Positions 54,477 through 62,652 of a DNA stretch of 64,000 nt are shown here, piece by piece (within the stretch, counting starts at the first letter, position 1; each line of letters opens with the position of its first letter). The notes beneath the pieces were generated by a model. It was not told the origin of the DNA and did no database searches. It was given only the letters and a program-made list of their open reading frames with translations. Source of the DNA: an uncultured Gemmatimonadaceae bacterium. GTDB taxonomy: Bacteria > Latescibacterota > UBA2968 > UBA8231. The stretch covers positions 1,589 through 65,588 of the forward strand of contig CAZFMY010000027.1 in the NCBI GenBank assembly GCA_964520345.1, in the 5' to 3' direction. The translations under genes were made by a program, and so were the position numbers.

Positions 54477-55544
54477 CTAAGCTTCCTCTCGTTCCCTGGT
54501 CGTCTCGACCATCTCCTCTAATGTCCGCTCTATATCGTATGAGTATTCCCACTCGGGGTAGTGCGCCTGGAATTTGCGCACGTCGCTGATCCACCATATA
54601 TGGTCGCCGACTCGGGCCTCATCCGCAAGGGTATAGTCGAGTTCTCTGCCCGAGAGGCGTTGTGCGATCTCGATGGCTTCGAGCATTGAGATATTGGCAT
54701 GGCGTCCGCCGCCGATATTGTAGACTTCTCCTGCGCGGGGATTCTGGTAGAAGTGCCAGAAGGCGGAAACCAGGTCGTGGCTGTGGATATTGTCGCGGAC
54801 CTGTTTGCCCTGGTAGCCGAAGATGGTATACGACCGGCCGCTGACCACGCATTTGACCAGATAGCCCAAAAAACCGTGTAGTTCGGCAGCCGAATGCGCT
54901 GGCCCGGTGAGGCAGCCGCCGCGGAAGGCGGCGGTGTTGAGGTCGAAGTAGCGACCGTATTCCTGCACCAGTATGTCGCCGGCGACCTTGGAAGCACCAA
55001 AGAGGCTGTGTTTGCACTGGTCGATGCGCAAACTCTCGTCGATGCCGAACTCGTAATAGGGATGCATCTGGTCGATCTCCCAGCGAGTCTCGTGTTCTAC
55101 CAGAGGCAATTCGTTGGGGGCGTCGCCATAGACCTTATTGGTGCTGGTAAAGATGAAGGCTGCGTCGGGGCAGAAACGGCGCACGGCCTCGAGGAGGTTG
55201 AGCGTGCCATTGGCATTGACGGTGAAATCGGTAATCGGCTCACGCGCGGCCCAATCGTGAGAGGGCTGGGCCGCGGTGTGGATGACGAGTGCGATCTGCT
55301 TTCCGTACTCCGCAAAGAGTGCGTCGATGGCTCGATTGTCGCGGATATCGATATCGCGGTGTTGGTACTTGGGCAGCCCTGCCTCGAGTTGCTCGCGATT
55401 CCAGGTTGTGGACCCGTCTGCGCCGAAGAAGTACTGACGCATATTATTGTCGATCCCGACAATGTCGAAGCCCTGCTGGTGGAAGAAGCGGGTCGCTTCG
55501 CTGCCTATGAGACCGGCCGAGCCAGTTATAAGGACGACGCTCAA
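54477..55544 (-). CDS. RfbE (CDP-paratose 2-epimerase)-like extended SDR with FxxxK in place of YxxxK
   Basis: 355 aa, TTG start after AAAGAGG. Blocks: [24 protein letters not shown]. The catalytic box reads HSLFGASK. I checked the TTT codon at 54999..55001 on the DNA. Confidence 0.8.
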   Translation of the reverse strand: MSVVLITGSAGLIGSEATRFFHQQGFDIVGIDNNMRQYFFGADGSTTWNREQLEAGLPKYQHRDIDIRDNRAIDALFAEYGKQIALVIHTAAQPSHDWAAREPITDFTVNANGTLNLLEAVRRFCPDAAFIFTSTNKVYGDAPNELPLVEHETRWEIDQMHPYYEFGIDESLRIDQCKHSLFGASKVAGDILVQEYGRYFDLNTAAFRGGCLTGPAHSAAELHGFLGYLVKCVVSGRSYTIFGYQGKQVRDNIHSHDLVSAFWHFYQNPRAGEVYNIGGGRHANISMLEAIEIAQRLSGRELDYTLADEARVGDHIWWISDVRKFQAHYPEWEYSYDIERTLEEMVETTREREEA

Positions 55545-55556
55545 CGGATTACCTCT

Positions 55557-56624
55557 TTAGGTGAAGACGGTGCGGACCAGTTCGTGGTTTTCTGCCAGCC
55601 AGGCATGAATGTCGAAGACGATGTTCCGCACGGATTTTTGTGGTGTCCAACCGAAGGTTGTATTTGTCTTGGTGTTATCGGTGACATAGTAGGGAATGTC
55701 CACTGCTCGAGTCTCCGCGACCGTACCCACTTCGATGGTTCGCCCCGTGGCTTCAGCACAGAGCTGGGTATACTCCACCAGCGAAGTCGAACCCGCGAGT
55801 CCTCCTCCCGCGTTGTAGACCTCGCCGGTCCAGCGCTCGGGTTGATCTTTTTGCTTCTGCAGCAGTTCGAAAAGGTCGTCGGGGTGGAGCAGATCGCGCA
55901 CCTGTTTGCCCTGGCCGCCGAATCCCATATAGCTGAGACTTAATTCGAAGTAGTGATGGGCGACCCACAGGGTGTAGACACCCTGATCGACCTTGCCCCA
56001 CTGGCCCGGCCCGGCGATGACGCCGCAGCGGTTGATCAAGGCCTTCATACCGTAGGTGGCGCAGTATTCCTGGACGAAGAGTTCGGAAGCCAACTTGGTT
56101 GCGCCGTAGAGTGAGCGGTGGCGAGAGGTGTCGAAAGTTTCACCGAACCCCGCTGCGCTAAGGCCTGTGGGCAGGGGGTGGTCTAAGTCGATGCTGAAAC
56201 GGGTTTCTTCCTCGTGCAGGGGTAGCTCGCGCAAAGCGGGTAGTGCATAAACTCGCGATGTAGAGAGGAAGAGAAAGGCGGCAGCGCGTCTGCGCGCCCA
56301 CTCAAGGCAGTTGAGCGTGCCCTTGAGATTGGTGTCGATGAGATAGTCCGGTGTACCGTCGGAGCCGGCGTGGGCGGAGGGCTCGGCCGAGGCATCGATG
56401 AGCAAGTCGAAGTCGCCCTCCAGTGCTTCGAGATCTGCCGCATTGCGCACGTCGCCATGGGTGAATTCGATATTCAGTTCTTTGAAATCCGCCAGATTGA
56501 GTTCCGATCCCCGGCGTTTGAGGTTGTCGAAGGCGACAATGCGGAGTTCGGGATCGTGGCGGCGGTAGCGGCGCGCCAGGCTCGAGCCGACGAATCCGGC
56601 GCCGCCGGTGATGCATAGGCTCAT
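55557..56624 (-). CDS. RfbE (CDP-paratose 2-epimerase)-like extended SDR, canonical YxxxK
   Basis: 355 aa. Blocks: ITGGAGFVGS, RSLYGATK, GKQVRD. The ATG overlaps the upstream AKR stop (ATGA). Confidence 0.8.
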   Translation of the reverse strand: MSLCITGGAGFVGSSLARRYRRHDPELRIVAFDNLKRRGSELNLADFKELNIEFTHGDVRNAADLEALEGDFDLLIDASAEPSAHAGSDGTPDYLIDTNLKGTLNCLEWARRRAAAFLFLSTSRVYALPALRELPLHEEETRFSIDLDHPLPTGLSAAGFGETFDTSRHRSLYGATKLASELFVQEYCATYGMKALINRCGVIAGPGQWGKVDQGVYTLWVAHHYFELSLSYMGFGGQGKQVRDLLHPDDLFELLQKQKDQPERWTGEVYNAGGGLAGSTSLVEYTQLCAEATGRTIEVGTVAETRAVDIPYYVTDNTKTNTTFGWTPQKSVRNIVFDIHAWLAENHELVRTVFT

Positions 56625-57607
56625 GGCAGCGGAGCGTCTGCGCGGATCAGGTTTTCGTTGCGGAGTTCGTCCCAGAACTCAGTGGGAATGTCCTCTTTGA
56701 GCAAATTGAAATTCTCACTGACGCGATCCGGTTGACGCGTACCCGGGATGATACAGGTGATGGCCGGGTGGGCAAAGACGAACTGAGAGGCTGCTGCTTT
56801 GAGATCGACCTGGTGGCGCAGGGCAGCTTCTTCGAGGCCTTTGGCCTTGGCCATGATCTCGGGCGGGGCTTCGCTGTAATTGTAGGTGGCTCCGGGTTGG
56901 GCACCTTTGGCGAGGATACCGCTGTTGTAGGTGCCGCCGGCCATGATGCCGATATTCTTTTCCACGCAGAGCGGTAGTAATTCGTCCAGTGAACTTTGGT
57001 CGAGCAGGCTGTAGCGTCCGGCGAGCAGGAAGCTGTCGAAGTCGCCTGCGCGAGCGAAGCGAGCGAGCATTTCCCATTGATTCATGCCAGCGCTAATAGC
57101 GCTGATGACGCCTTCGCTGCGCAGCCGTTCGAGCGCCGGGTAGGCGCCGGAAATGGCTTCCTCCCAGTGATCGTCCGGGTCGTGGATATGGAGAATATCG
57201 ATCCGATCGACGCCGAGGCGTTCGAGACTTTCCTCGAACGATCGGATAACGCCGTCGTAGCTGAAGTCGAAGACGGGTTTGAAAGGTGGAGGATTGTCGA
57301 AAATCCCTTGTTCGGTATTTTCGCCATCGGTCGGAACCAGGATACGACCGACCTTGGAAGCCAGCACATAGTTTTCGCGGGGTACTCCTTTCAGAGCGAG
57401 GCCCAGGCGATTTTCGCTTTTGCCCGCTCCGTAGAGCGGTGCGGTATCTAATAGGTTGAGGCCGAGGTCAAAGGCGCGGTGGACCACCTGGACGGCCTGC
57501 TCGTCGGGTATGTCGCCATAGAGACCACCCAGGGCGGCGCAGCCTAATCCGAGGCGGGTGACTTCGAGCCCGCTAGTGCCGAGGACGACTTTTTCGAGTG
57601 GATCCAT
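56621..57607 (-). CDS. Aldo/keto reductase
   Basis: 328 aa. Blocks: LGLGCAALGG, LLDTAPLYG, and a C-terminal IPGTRQPDRV. Confidence 0.85.
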   Translation of the reverse strand: MDPLEKVVLGTSGLEVTRLGLGCAALGGLYGDIPDEQAVQVVHRAFDLGLNLLDTAPLYGAGKSENRLGLALKGVPRENYVLASKVGRILVPTDGENTEQGIFDNPPPFKPVFDFSYDGVIRSFEESLERLGVDRIDILHIHDPDDHWEEAISGAYPALERLRSEGVISAISAGMNQWEMLARFARAGDFDSFLLAGRYSLLDQSSLDELLPLCVEKNIGIMAGGTYNSGILAKGAQPGATYNYSEAPPEIMAKAKGLEEAALRHQVDLKAAASQFVFAHPAITCIIPGTRQPDRVSENFNLLKEDIPTEFWDELRNENLIRADAPLP

Positions 57608-57612
57608 GTTTT

Positions 57613-57634
57613 TCCGATACTCCTCCGATACTCC
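57613..57634. repeat. Tandem 11-bp duplication TCCGATACTCC x2 in the AKR 5' UTR
   Basis: Read directly. On the minus strand it gives GGAGTATCGGA GGAGTATCGGA AAAAC ATG, which duplicates an SD-like GGAG. Confidence 0.6.
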
Positions 57635-57710
57635 GTGAAGGGTGTTGAGAAAAGTGAATATAAGCTAAGTTTTAGGACGGAGAAAGCTTGTGCATTCACC
57701 GGCGGGATGC

Positions 57711-57739
57711 TTGACGCTATGAGCGGTATTACTTAGATT
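57711..57739 (+). promoter_or_regulatory. Candidate sigma70-type promoter (TTGACG-17-TAGATT)
   Basis: Hexamers read directly with a 17-nt spacer, 88 nt upstream of ATG 57827. Consensus match only. Confidence 0.3.
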
Positions 57740-57826
57740 AAATCGCCTTTTTTTAACAGGATCGGAAGCGGTTGAATTTAAAAGAGATGCGATTGTTTTT
57801 TGCACTCTTTGGCCGGGGTGGCGACG

Positions 57827-59347
57827 ATGAACTTACTGCTCTTAACATTGCTGATTGGATGCACCCCCGCAGAAGAGGTCCCGCGTTTGGTGGAGGTGGC
57901 AGATACTGCGCCGGACGCAAAGAGGTGGGTTTGGACCGATAGAGAGATGGGTTGGAGATCCTGGAGCCAGGATCTCTTTGAAGAGGCTGGACGTGAGGAT
58001 CGGCCTGTTTTGGTCTATTTGGCGGCCCCTGGGTGCGAGGGGCTGTTCCCGGCGCCGACTCCCGGATTGCGGCGATTGGTAGCGGATGGTTTTATCAGCA
58101 CAAGGGTCGATCCATTCAAACGCCCGGATATCGCAAATTATTACGATACCGGTGGTTGGCCCGCTCTGGCTATAGCGCTGCCGAATGGACGGATTTTCGC
58201 TAGAGCCGTCGATATTCCGCCGACCAATATCGAATCCTATCTCCGTCGATTGCGGCTGGCCTATGATGAACAGCGCGCAGTTCTCATTGATAAGGTCCAG
58301 CAGGCTGGGAAGGTGCAAGACGCGCGGATGCCCTTTGAAGTTGTGGCGGTCTACCGGGCATGTGCAGTGGCTTTCGACTCGCTGCACGGTGGTTTCGGTG
58401 GACCGGCCAAGTTTCTTGAAGCGTCGGTTTTGCGCTTTTTGCTGGCCTATGGCGAAGCGAAAGACGAAGAGCGGGCAATGCAGATGGCTCTGACGAGTCT
58501 GGACGCCGTGCTTGATTCGCCGCTTAGCGATGGTGGTGGTTTCCTGGCCTACTCGTACGCGCCGAACTGGCGCGCTCCTGCGGGCGAGATGGATGGCTTG
58601 GATCAGGCGGCGATGCTACACCTCTTGCTCGAAGCCGGTCAGCCCCGTTATACGGTGGCAGCCAGGGCTTTGCTCGACTTTGTCGAACGCGAGTTCTTTG
58701 ATCCAATCGAGGGCGTGTTTTGGGGACGCCAGGTAGCTCTGCCTCCTTATGAGGATGAGGCTCCTGGTCGGAGAGATAGCTCCAGGGGGTGGTGGACCGA
58801 CCCGACGCTCTACGCCGATCGTCAGGCGGCTCTGATCCGGGCCTGTCTCGCGGCGGCAACTGTGCTCGAGGACGATCGCGCTGCCCGCTTGGCGACTCGA
58901 GCGGGCGACGCATTGATTGCGCGCTGTATTGACGATCGTGGTGGAGTGCGACACGTTTGTGGGGTCGGAGAGGAGAGCATCTCAGGGCTTCTGGTCGACC
59001 AGGCTTTGGTGGCGCTGGCGCTTCGTGATCTGCTCGAGTGGAGCGGGGAAGCGCGCTTTGGGATTGCAGCTAAGCGGGTCGTGCGTTTTATGGAGCAGGA
59101 ACTCGGAGGTCGAACCGCTTTTTATAATCGCGCCGTCGGTCCGTTGCCGCGGTTTTTCGCGCACTGCGATGATGATCGACCCGCTGGAAATGCTCTGGCT
59201 CTTGAATTCTATGGAGAGCAAGGGGATGCCGCGCAATCGGCCAGGCTGATGGAAGGACTTCACCTGGTAACGGAGCCGGACCGGGCGTATAGCTCTTGGG
59301 CGCGTGGCGTTTTGCGCTATGGCGCGATGGCGAAAACATCTCTATGA
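57827..59347 (+). CDS. YyaL/SSP411 (DUF255 thioredoxin-like + alpha/alpha toroid)-like lipoprotein with a degenerate redox motif
   Basis: Start at ATG 57827 gives MNLLLLTLLIGC with a lipobox L-I-G-C. DUF255-like blocks: RPVLVYL....RVDPFKRPDI, GGFGGPAKF. The CHWC box is replaced by CEGL. Confidence 0.7.
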   Translation: MNLLLLTLLIGCTPAEEVPRLVEVADTAPDAKRWVWTDREMGWRSWSQDLFEEAGREDRPVLVYLAAPGCEGLFPAPTPGLRRLVADGFISTRVDPFKRPDIANYYDTGGWPALAIALPNGRIFARAVDIPPTNIESYLRRLRLAYDEQRAVLIDKVQQAGKVQDARMPFEVVAVYRACAVAFDSLHGGFGGPAKFLEASVLRFLLAYGEAKDEERAMQMALTSLDAVLDSPLSDGGGFLAYSYAPNWRAPAGEMDGLDQAAMLHLLLEAGQPRYTVAARALLDFVEREFFDPIEGVFWGRQVALPPYEDEAPGRRDSSRGWWTDPTLYADRQAALIRACLAAATVLEDDRAARLATRAGDALIARCIDDRGGVRHVCGVGEESISGLLVDQALVALALRDLLEWSGEARFGIAAKRVVRFMEQELGGRTAFYNRAVGPLPRFFAHCDDDRPAGNALALEFYGEQGDAAQSARLMEGLHLVTEPDRAYSSWARGVLRYGAMAKTSL

Positions 59348-60243
59348 AGATACTGGTGACAGGAGCGAATGGTTTTTTGGGCCGCAGTCTGCTCACCCTG
59401 GATGGAGAGGTGGAATGGATCGGCTGCGGGCGCCGGAGTGCTGTGGGCGGGATTCCCTATCGCCAAGCTGAATTGGCCGACCGGGACTCAATGGCTGCGC
59501 TGGTTGCCGAAGTGGAACCGGATTGGGTGATTAATACGGCAGCAATGACCAATGTCGATCGATGCGAAAAAGATGCTCGGGAGGCGCGGCAAGCCAATGT
59601 CGAGATTGTCGAGACCCTGGCGGAGGTCTGTGGTGTCACAGGCGTCGGTCTGGTGCAGATTTCGACCGATTATGTCTTCGACGGCAAGGAGGGGCCCTAT
59701 GCCGAAGGAGATAGGACGACACCTTTGTCTCGCTATGGCCAACTCAAACTGGAAAGCGAGCGCGTGCTGGATAAATTGGACCGGACTATGGTGGTGCGGA
59801 CCTTGTGGCTTTACGGCTACGTCCCCCAGGCGGGGTCCAATTTCATCACCTGGTTGCTGAATGCGCTTCCCTGCGGTGAGCCGTTGCGGGTTTTTGCCGA
59901 CCAATGGGGTAATCCGACCTATGCTAATGACCTGGCCCGCGCGCTTGTAGCACTCTGTCGTCAAGAGGCTCGGGGGCTTTTCCACATGGGAGGTACTACC
60001 TTTATGACGCGTTACGAGTTGGCACTCGAAGTGGCGCGTTTCTTTGATCTCGACGGCGAGTTGATTCAACCGGTGCCGACTCAGGAGGCCGGACTTTCGG
60101 CTGTGCGGCCTCTGCGCTCGGGGCTTTGCACCGATGCTTTGGAAGCAGAACTGGGTTATCGGCCGCTGAGTTTTGCCGAGGGGTTGCAGGACCTGGCCAG
60201 CGATCCTCGTTTCCGCCGCGACTTTCCCCGGTTTGCCCTCTAA
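59344..60243 (+). CDS. RmlD/RfbD-like (dTDP-4-dehydrorhamnose reductase family) SDR
   Basis: MKILVTGANGFLG, STDYVFDG and YGQLK (YxxxK). The ATG overlaps the upstream stop (ATGA). Confidence 0.8.
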   Translation: MKILVTGANGFLGRSLLTLDGEVEWIGCGRRSAVGGIPYRQAELADRDSMAALVAEVEPDWVINTAAMTNVDRCEKDAREARQANVEIVETLAEVCGVTGVGLVQISTDYVFDGKEGPYAEGDRTTPLSRYGQLKLESERVLDKLDRTMVVRTLWLYGYVPQAGSNFITWLLNALPCGEPLRVFADQWGNPTYANDLARALVALCRQEARGLFHMGGTTFMTRYELALEVARFFDLDGELIQPVPTQEAGLSAVRPLRSGLCTDALEAELGYRPLSFAEGLQDLASDPRFRRDFPRFAL

Positions 60244-60253
60244 AGAGCCACTC

Positions 60254-60973
60254 ATGGACCCAATGCGGATTTCGCTGATCACACCGACCTACAACGAGCG
60301 AGAGAACCTGACGCTCTTGGCCGAGGAGATCTTTGCCATTGTCGGCGCCGAACCCGATATAGATTTGGAACTGATCGTCGTCGATGACGGATCGCCTGAT
60401 GGCACCGGAGAGGTGGCGGAGGAACTGAAAGCCAGCTATCCCCTGCAAGTGGTGCACCGGGCCGCCAAGCTAGGTCTGGGGTCGGCGGTGATGGCGGGTT
60501 TCGCCCTCTCCGACCGGCCTTATCTCGGCGTGATCGACGCCGATTTGAGTCACGATCCAGCGATATTACCTGAATTGGTCCATAGTCTGCGCGAATACGA
60601 TATCGCCATGGGTAGTCGCTTTGGGGAAACCAGTCGGGTCGAAAAATGGGCCTGGCATCGCAAGTTGACCTCGCAGGTTGGCGTGGGTTCGGCCCGGCTG
60701 CTGACCGGGGCCGAAGATCCGCTCTCTGGTTATTTCTGCCTGCGTCGCGAAGTCCTGGAGGGCTTCGAGTTGACTTCTTCCGGCTACAAGATCCTGCTTG
60801 AGATTCTGGTAAAGGGACGCTACGAAAGGCATCGTTCAGTGCCCTTTGTCTTCCGCAATCGCCAGTTCAGCTCTAGCAAGCTCAATCTACGCGAATACCT
60901 GCTTTTCACTAAACAGATCCTCTACTTCAGTGGCTACAAGCTTTTGCGCCGATCCAAAGGCGGTGGGTCATGA
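60254..60973 (+). CDS. Polyprenol-monophosphate mannose/sugar synthase (Dpm1/Ppm1-like GT2)
   Basis: ISLITPTYNERENL, LIVVDDGSPDGT, KLGLGSAVMAGF and IDADLSHDP, the classical DPM1 family blocks. Confidence 0.85.
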   Translation: MDPMRISLITPTYNERENLTLLAEEIFAIVGAEPDIDLELIVVDDGSPDGTGEVAEELKASYPLQVVHRAAKLGLGSAVMAGFALSDRPYLGVIDADLSHDPAILPELVHSLREYDIAMGSRFGETSRVEKWAWHRKLTSQVGVGSARLLTGAEDPLSGYFCLRREVLEGFELTSSGYKILLEILVKGRYERHRSVPFVFRNRQFSSSKLNLREYLLFTKQILYFSGYKLLRRSKGGGS

Positions 60974-62652
60974 GACTGAGCGTCGTTTTCCTCAGCTATA
61001 ATACGCGTGACTTGACCAAGCAGGCTCTGAGCTCAGTGCTCGATGCAGCCGAATGCATGGAAGTGGAGGTCCTCGTTGTTGACAACGCCTCTGTAGATGG
61101 CAGCGCCGATATGGTAGAGGAAGAATTTCCCCAGGTGAAACTAATTCGCAACGAGGACAATGTCGGTTTTGCGGCTGGCAACAATGTGGCTCTGCGGCAG
61201 GTGGTTGGAGAATATGTGCTCTTGATCAATACCGATACTATTGTGCGGCGGGATGCGTTGCTCACGATGGTGGATTTTTTGGACGCACACCCGGAGGCCG
61301 GAGCTTGCGGGTGCAAAATTCTCGATCCCGATGGCACCTTGCAACTCGACAGCCGCCGAGGTTTCCCAACACCAGTGGCCGCTTTCTGCAAGATGTCGGG
61401 ACTGAGTCGTCTCTTTCCCAATCACCCGGTTATTTCTCGCTATTATATGACCTATCTAGACCCCGAGCAGATGGCGGAAGTCGAAGTCCTTTCCGGGTCT
61501 TGTATGATGGTGCGCAAAACGGTGATAGACCAGGTCGGATTGTTAGATGAAGACTACTTCATGTACGGTGAGGATATTGATTGGTGCTACCGGATCTACC
61601 AGGCCGGCTGGAAAATATACTATGTACCGGATACGGAGATTATTCACTTCCGTGGCGAGAGTGGCAAAGGGGCGCCGCTGAGGATTCTTTATCGCAAGAG
61701 TAAAGCGATGTCGATCTTTGTCAATAAGCATATGGCGCGGCGCTTTCGCTTTTTTCCGCTCTGGCTGCTGCAGGTGGGCATTGCTCTGCACGGAGGTTTT
61801 CGATTCTTCGTCAAGACTGGCCGCACCCTGTCCCTGCCTCTGGTCGATGCGGCGCTGGTGCTCAGCGGATTGAAGTTGGCCCTGGCTGTCCGCTATCACC
61901 AGGATCTTGTGCCTTTTATCTACCCCATCGAGCGGATTGGCAATCTTTTCGGCCTTGATGCCCAGCCGACTCGCTGGCTGACTCCGCCTCCCTATTCGGA
62001 TTTGCAGTGGATCGTAGTCTATGGTGTCGCGACTCTGGTCTGGTTAGTGGCATTCTATGTGTCGGGCCTGTACGATCGTCGTCGCTATTCGGTGCCTTGG
62101 TCGGTGGTGGGAGTTGCACTAGGCTCGGCTTTTATCGTGACTCTGGCGTTCTTCTTCAAGGACTACAACTTTTCACGGCTGGCGACTGCTGCGGCTTTTG
62201 TCTGTAATGCGGTGCTGATTGCCAGCTGGCGTTTTGCCGCGCGTTGGGTATTGCACCAGCGCGGTCGTTCAGGACGATTGCGCACTTTGTTGGTGGGCAA
62301 CGATCAAGCAGCAGTGGACTTTATCGAGTATATCCAACGGACGGGCAGTTCCATCTATGATTTGATCGGCGTGGTCGGCCAGCGACCCGAAGACCAGGAT
62401 CGTCCGCTGGCCGGTCGACCTGTGATCGGTCTGGTCGGTGAATTTGAGGCCCTGATCCGAGATTACGCGATCGACCAGGTGGTGTTTACGCCGAGCACAA
62501 TGTCCGTGCTCTTGGAGCAGATGGGGCAGTCTTGGGATGCGCAGGATCTACGGATCAGCATGGTTCCGATCTCATTTGCGAAGATGGTTGCAAATCGGAG
62601 TGCCAACGAGACCGAACAGCTGCCTCTGGTCAGGATCGGGGTGGGTAGATGA
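60970..62652 (+). CDS. Fusion: N-terminal GT2 glycosyltransferase and WbaP-type N-terminal module (TM helices + CoA_binding_3-like domain) without the phosphoglycosyltransferase domain
   Basis: GT2 blocks: LSVVFLSYNT, LVVDNASVDGS, NVGFAAGNN, LLINTDT. These are followed by about 4 TM helices and RTLLVGNDQAAVDFIEY...DLIGVVG...GRPVIGLVGEFEALIRDYAIDQVVF. The protein ends at LPLVRIGVGR, where WbaP-type enzymes begin their catalytic domain. Confidence 0.7.
   Translation: MRLSVVFLSYNTRDLTKQALSSVLDAAECMEVEVLVVDNASVDGSADMVEEEFPQVKLIRNEDNVGFAAGNNVALRQVVGEYVLLINTDTIVRRDALLTMVDFLDAHPEAGACGCKILDPDGTLQLDSRRGFPTPVAAFCKMSGLSRLFPNHPVISRYYMTYLDPEQMAEVEVLSGSCMMVRKTVIDQVGLLDEDYFMYGEDIDWCYRIYQAGWKIYYVPDTEIIHFRGESGKGAPLRILYRKSKAMSIFVNKHMARRFRFFPLWLLQVGIALHGGFRFFVKTGRTLSLPLVDAALVLSGLKLALAVRYHQDLVPFIYPIERIGNLFGLDAQPTRWLTPPPYSDLQWIVVYGVATLVWLVAFYVSGLYDRRRYSVPWSVVGVALGSAFIVTLAFFFKDYNFSRLATAAAFVCNAVLIASWRFAARWVLHQRGRSGRLRTLLVGNDQAAVDFIEYIQRTGSSIYDLIGVVGQRPEDQDRPLAGRPVIGLVGEFEALIRDYAIDQVVFTPSTMSVLLEQMGQSWDAQDLRISMVPISFAKMVANRSANETEQLPLVRIGVGR

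Noticed and set aside
570-60282. Many long ORFs in the track that overlap the called genes in other frames or on the other strand. Examples: 570..1538, 2069..3052, 3098..4201, 30419..31546, 33947..34891, 45009..45884, 46442..47173, 47486..48772, 50468..51427, 54894..55943, 59488..60282, 62973..63476.
   Set aside because: Their translations are Arg/Pro/Gly/Ala-rich and low-complexity, with no family motifs. Each is fully shadowed by a gene with clear homology-type motifs. These are typical high-GC shadow ORFs.
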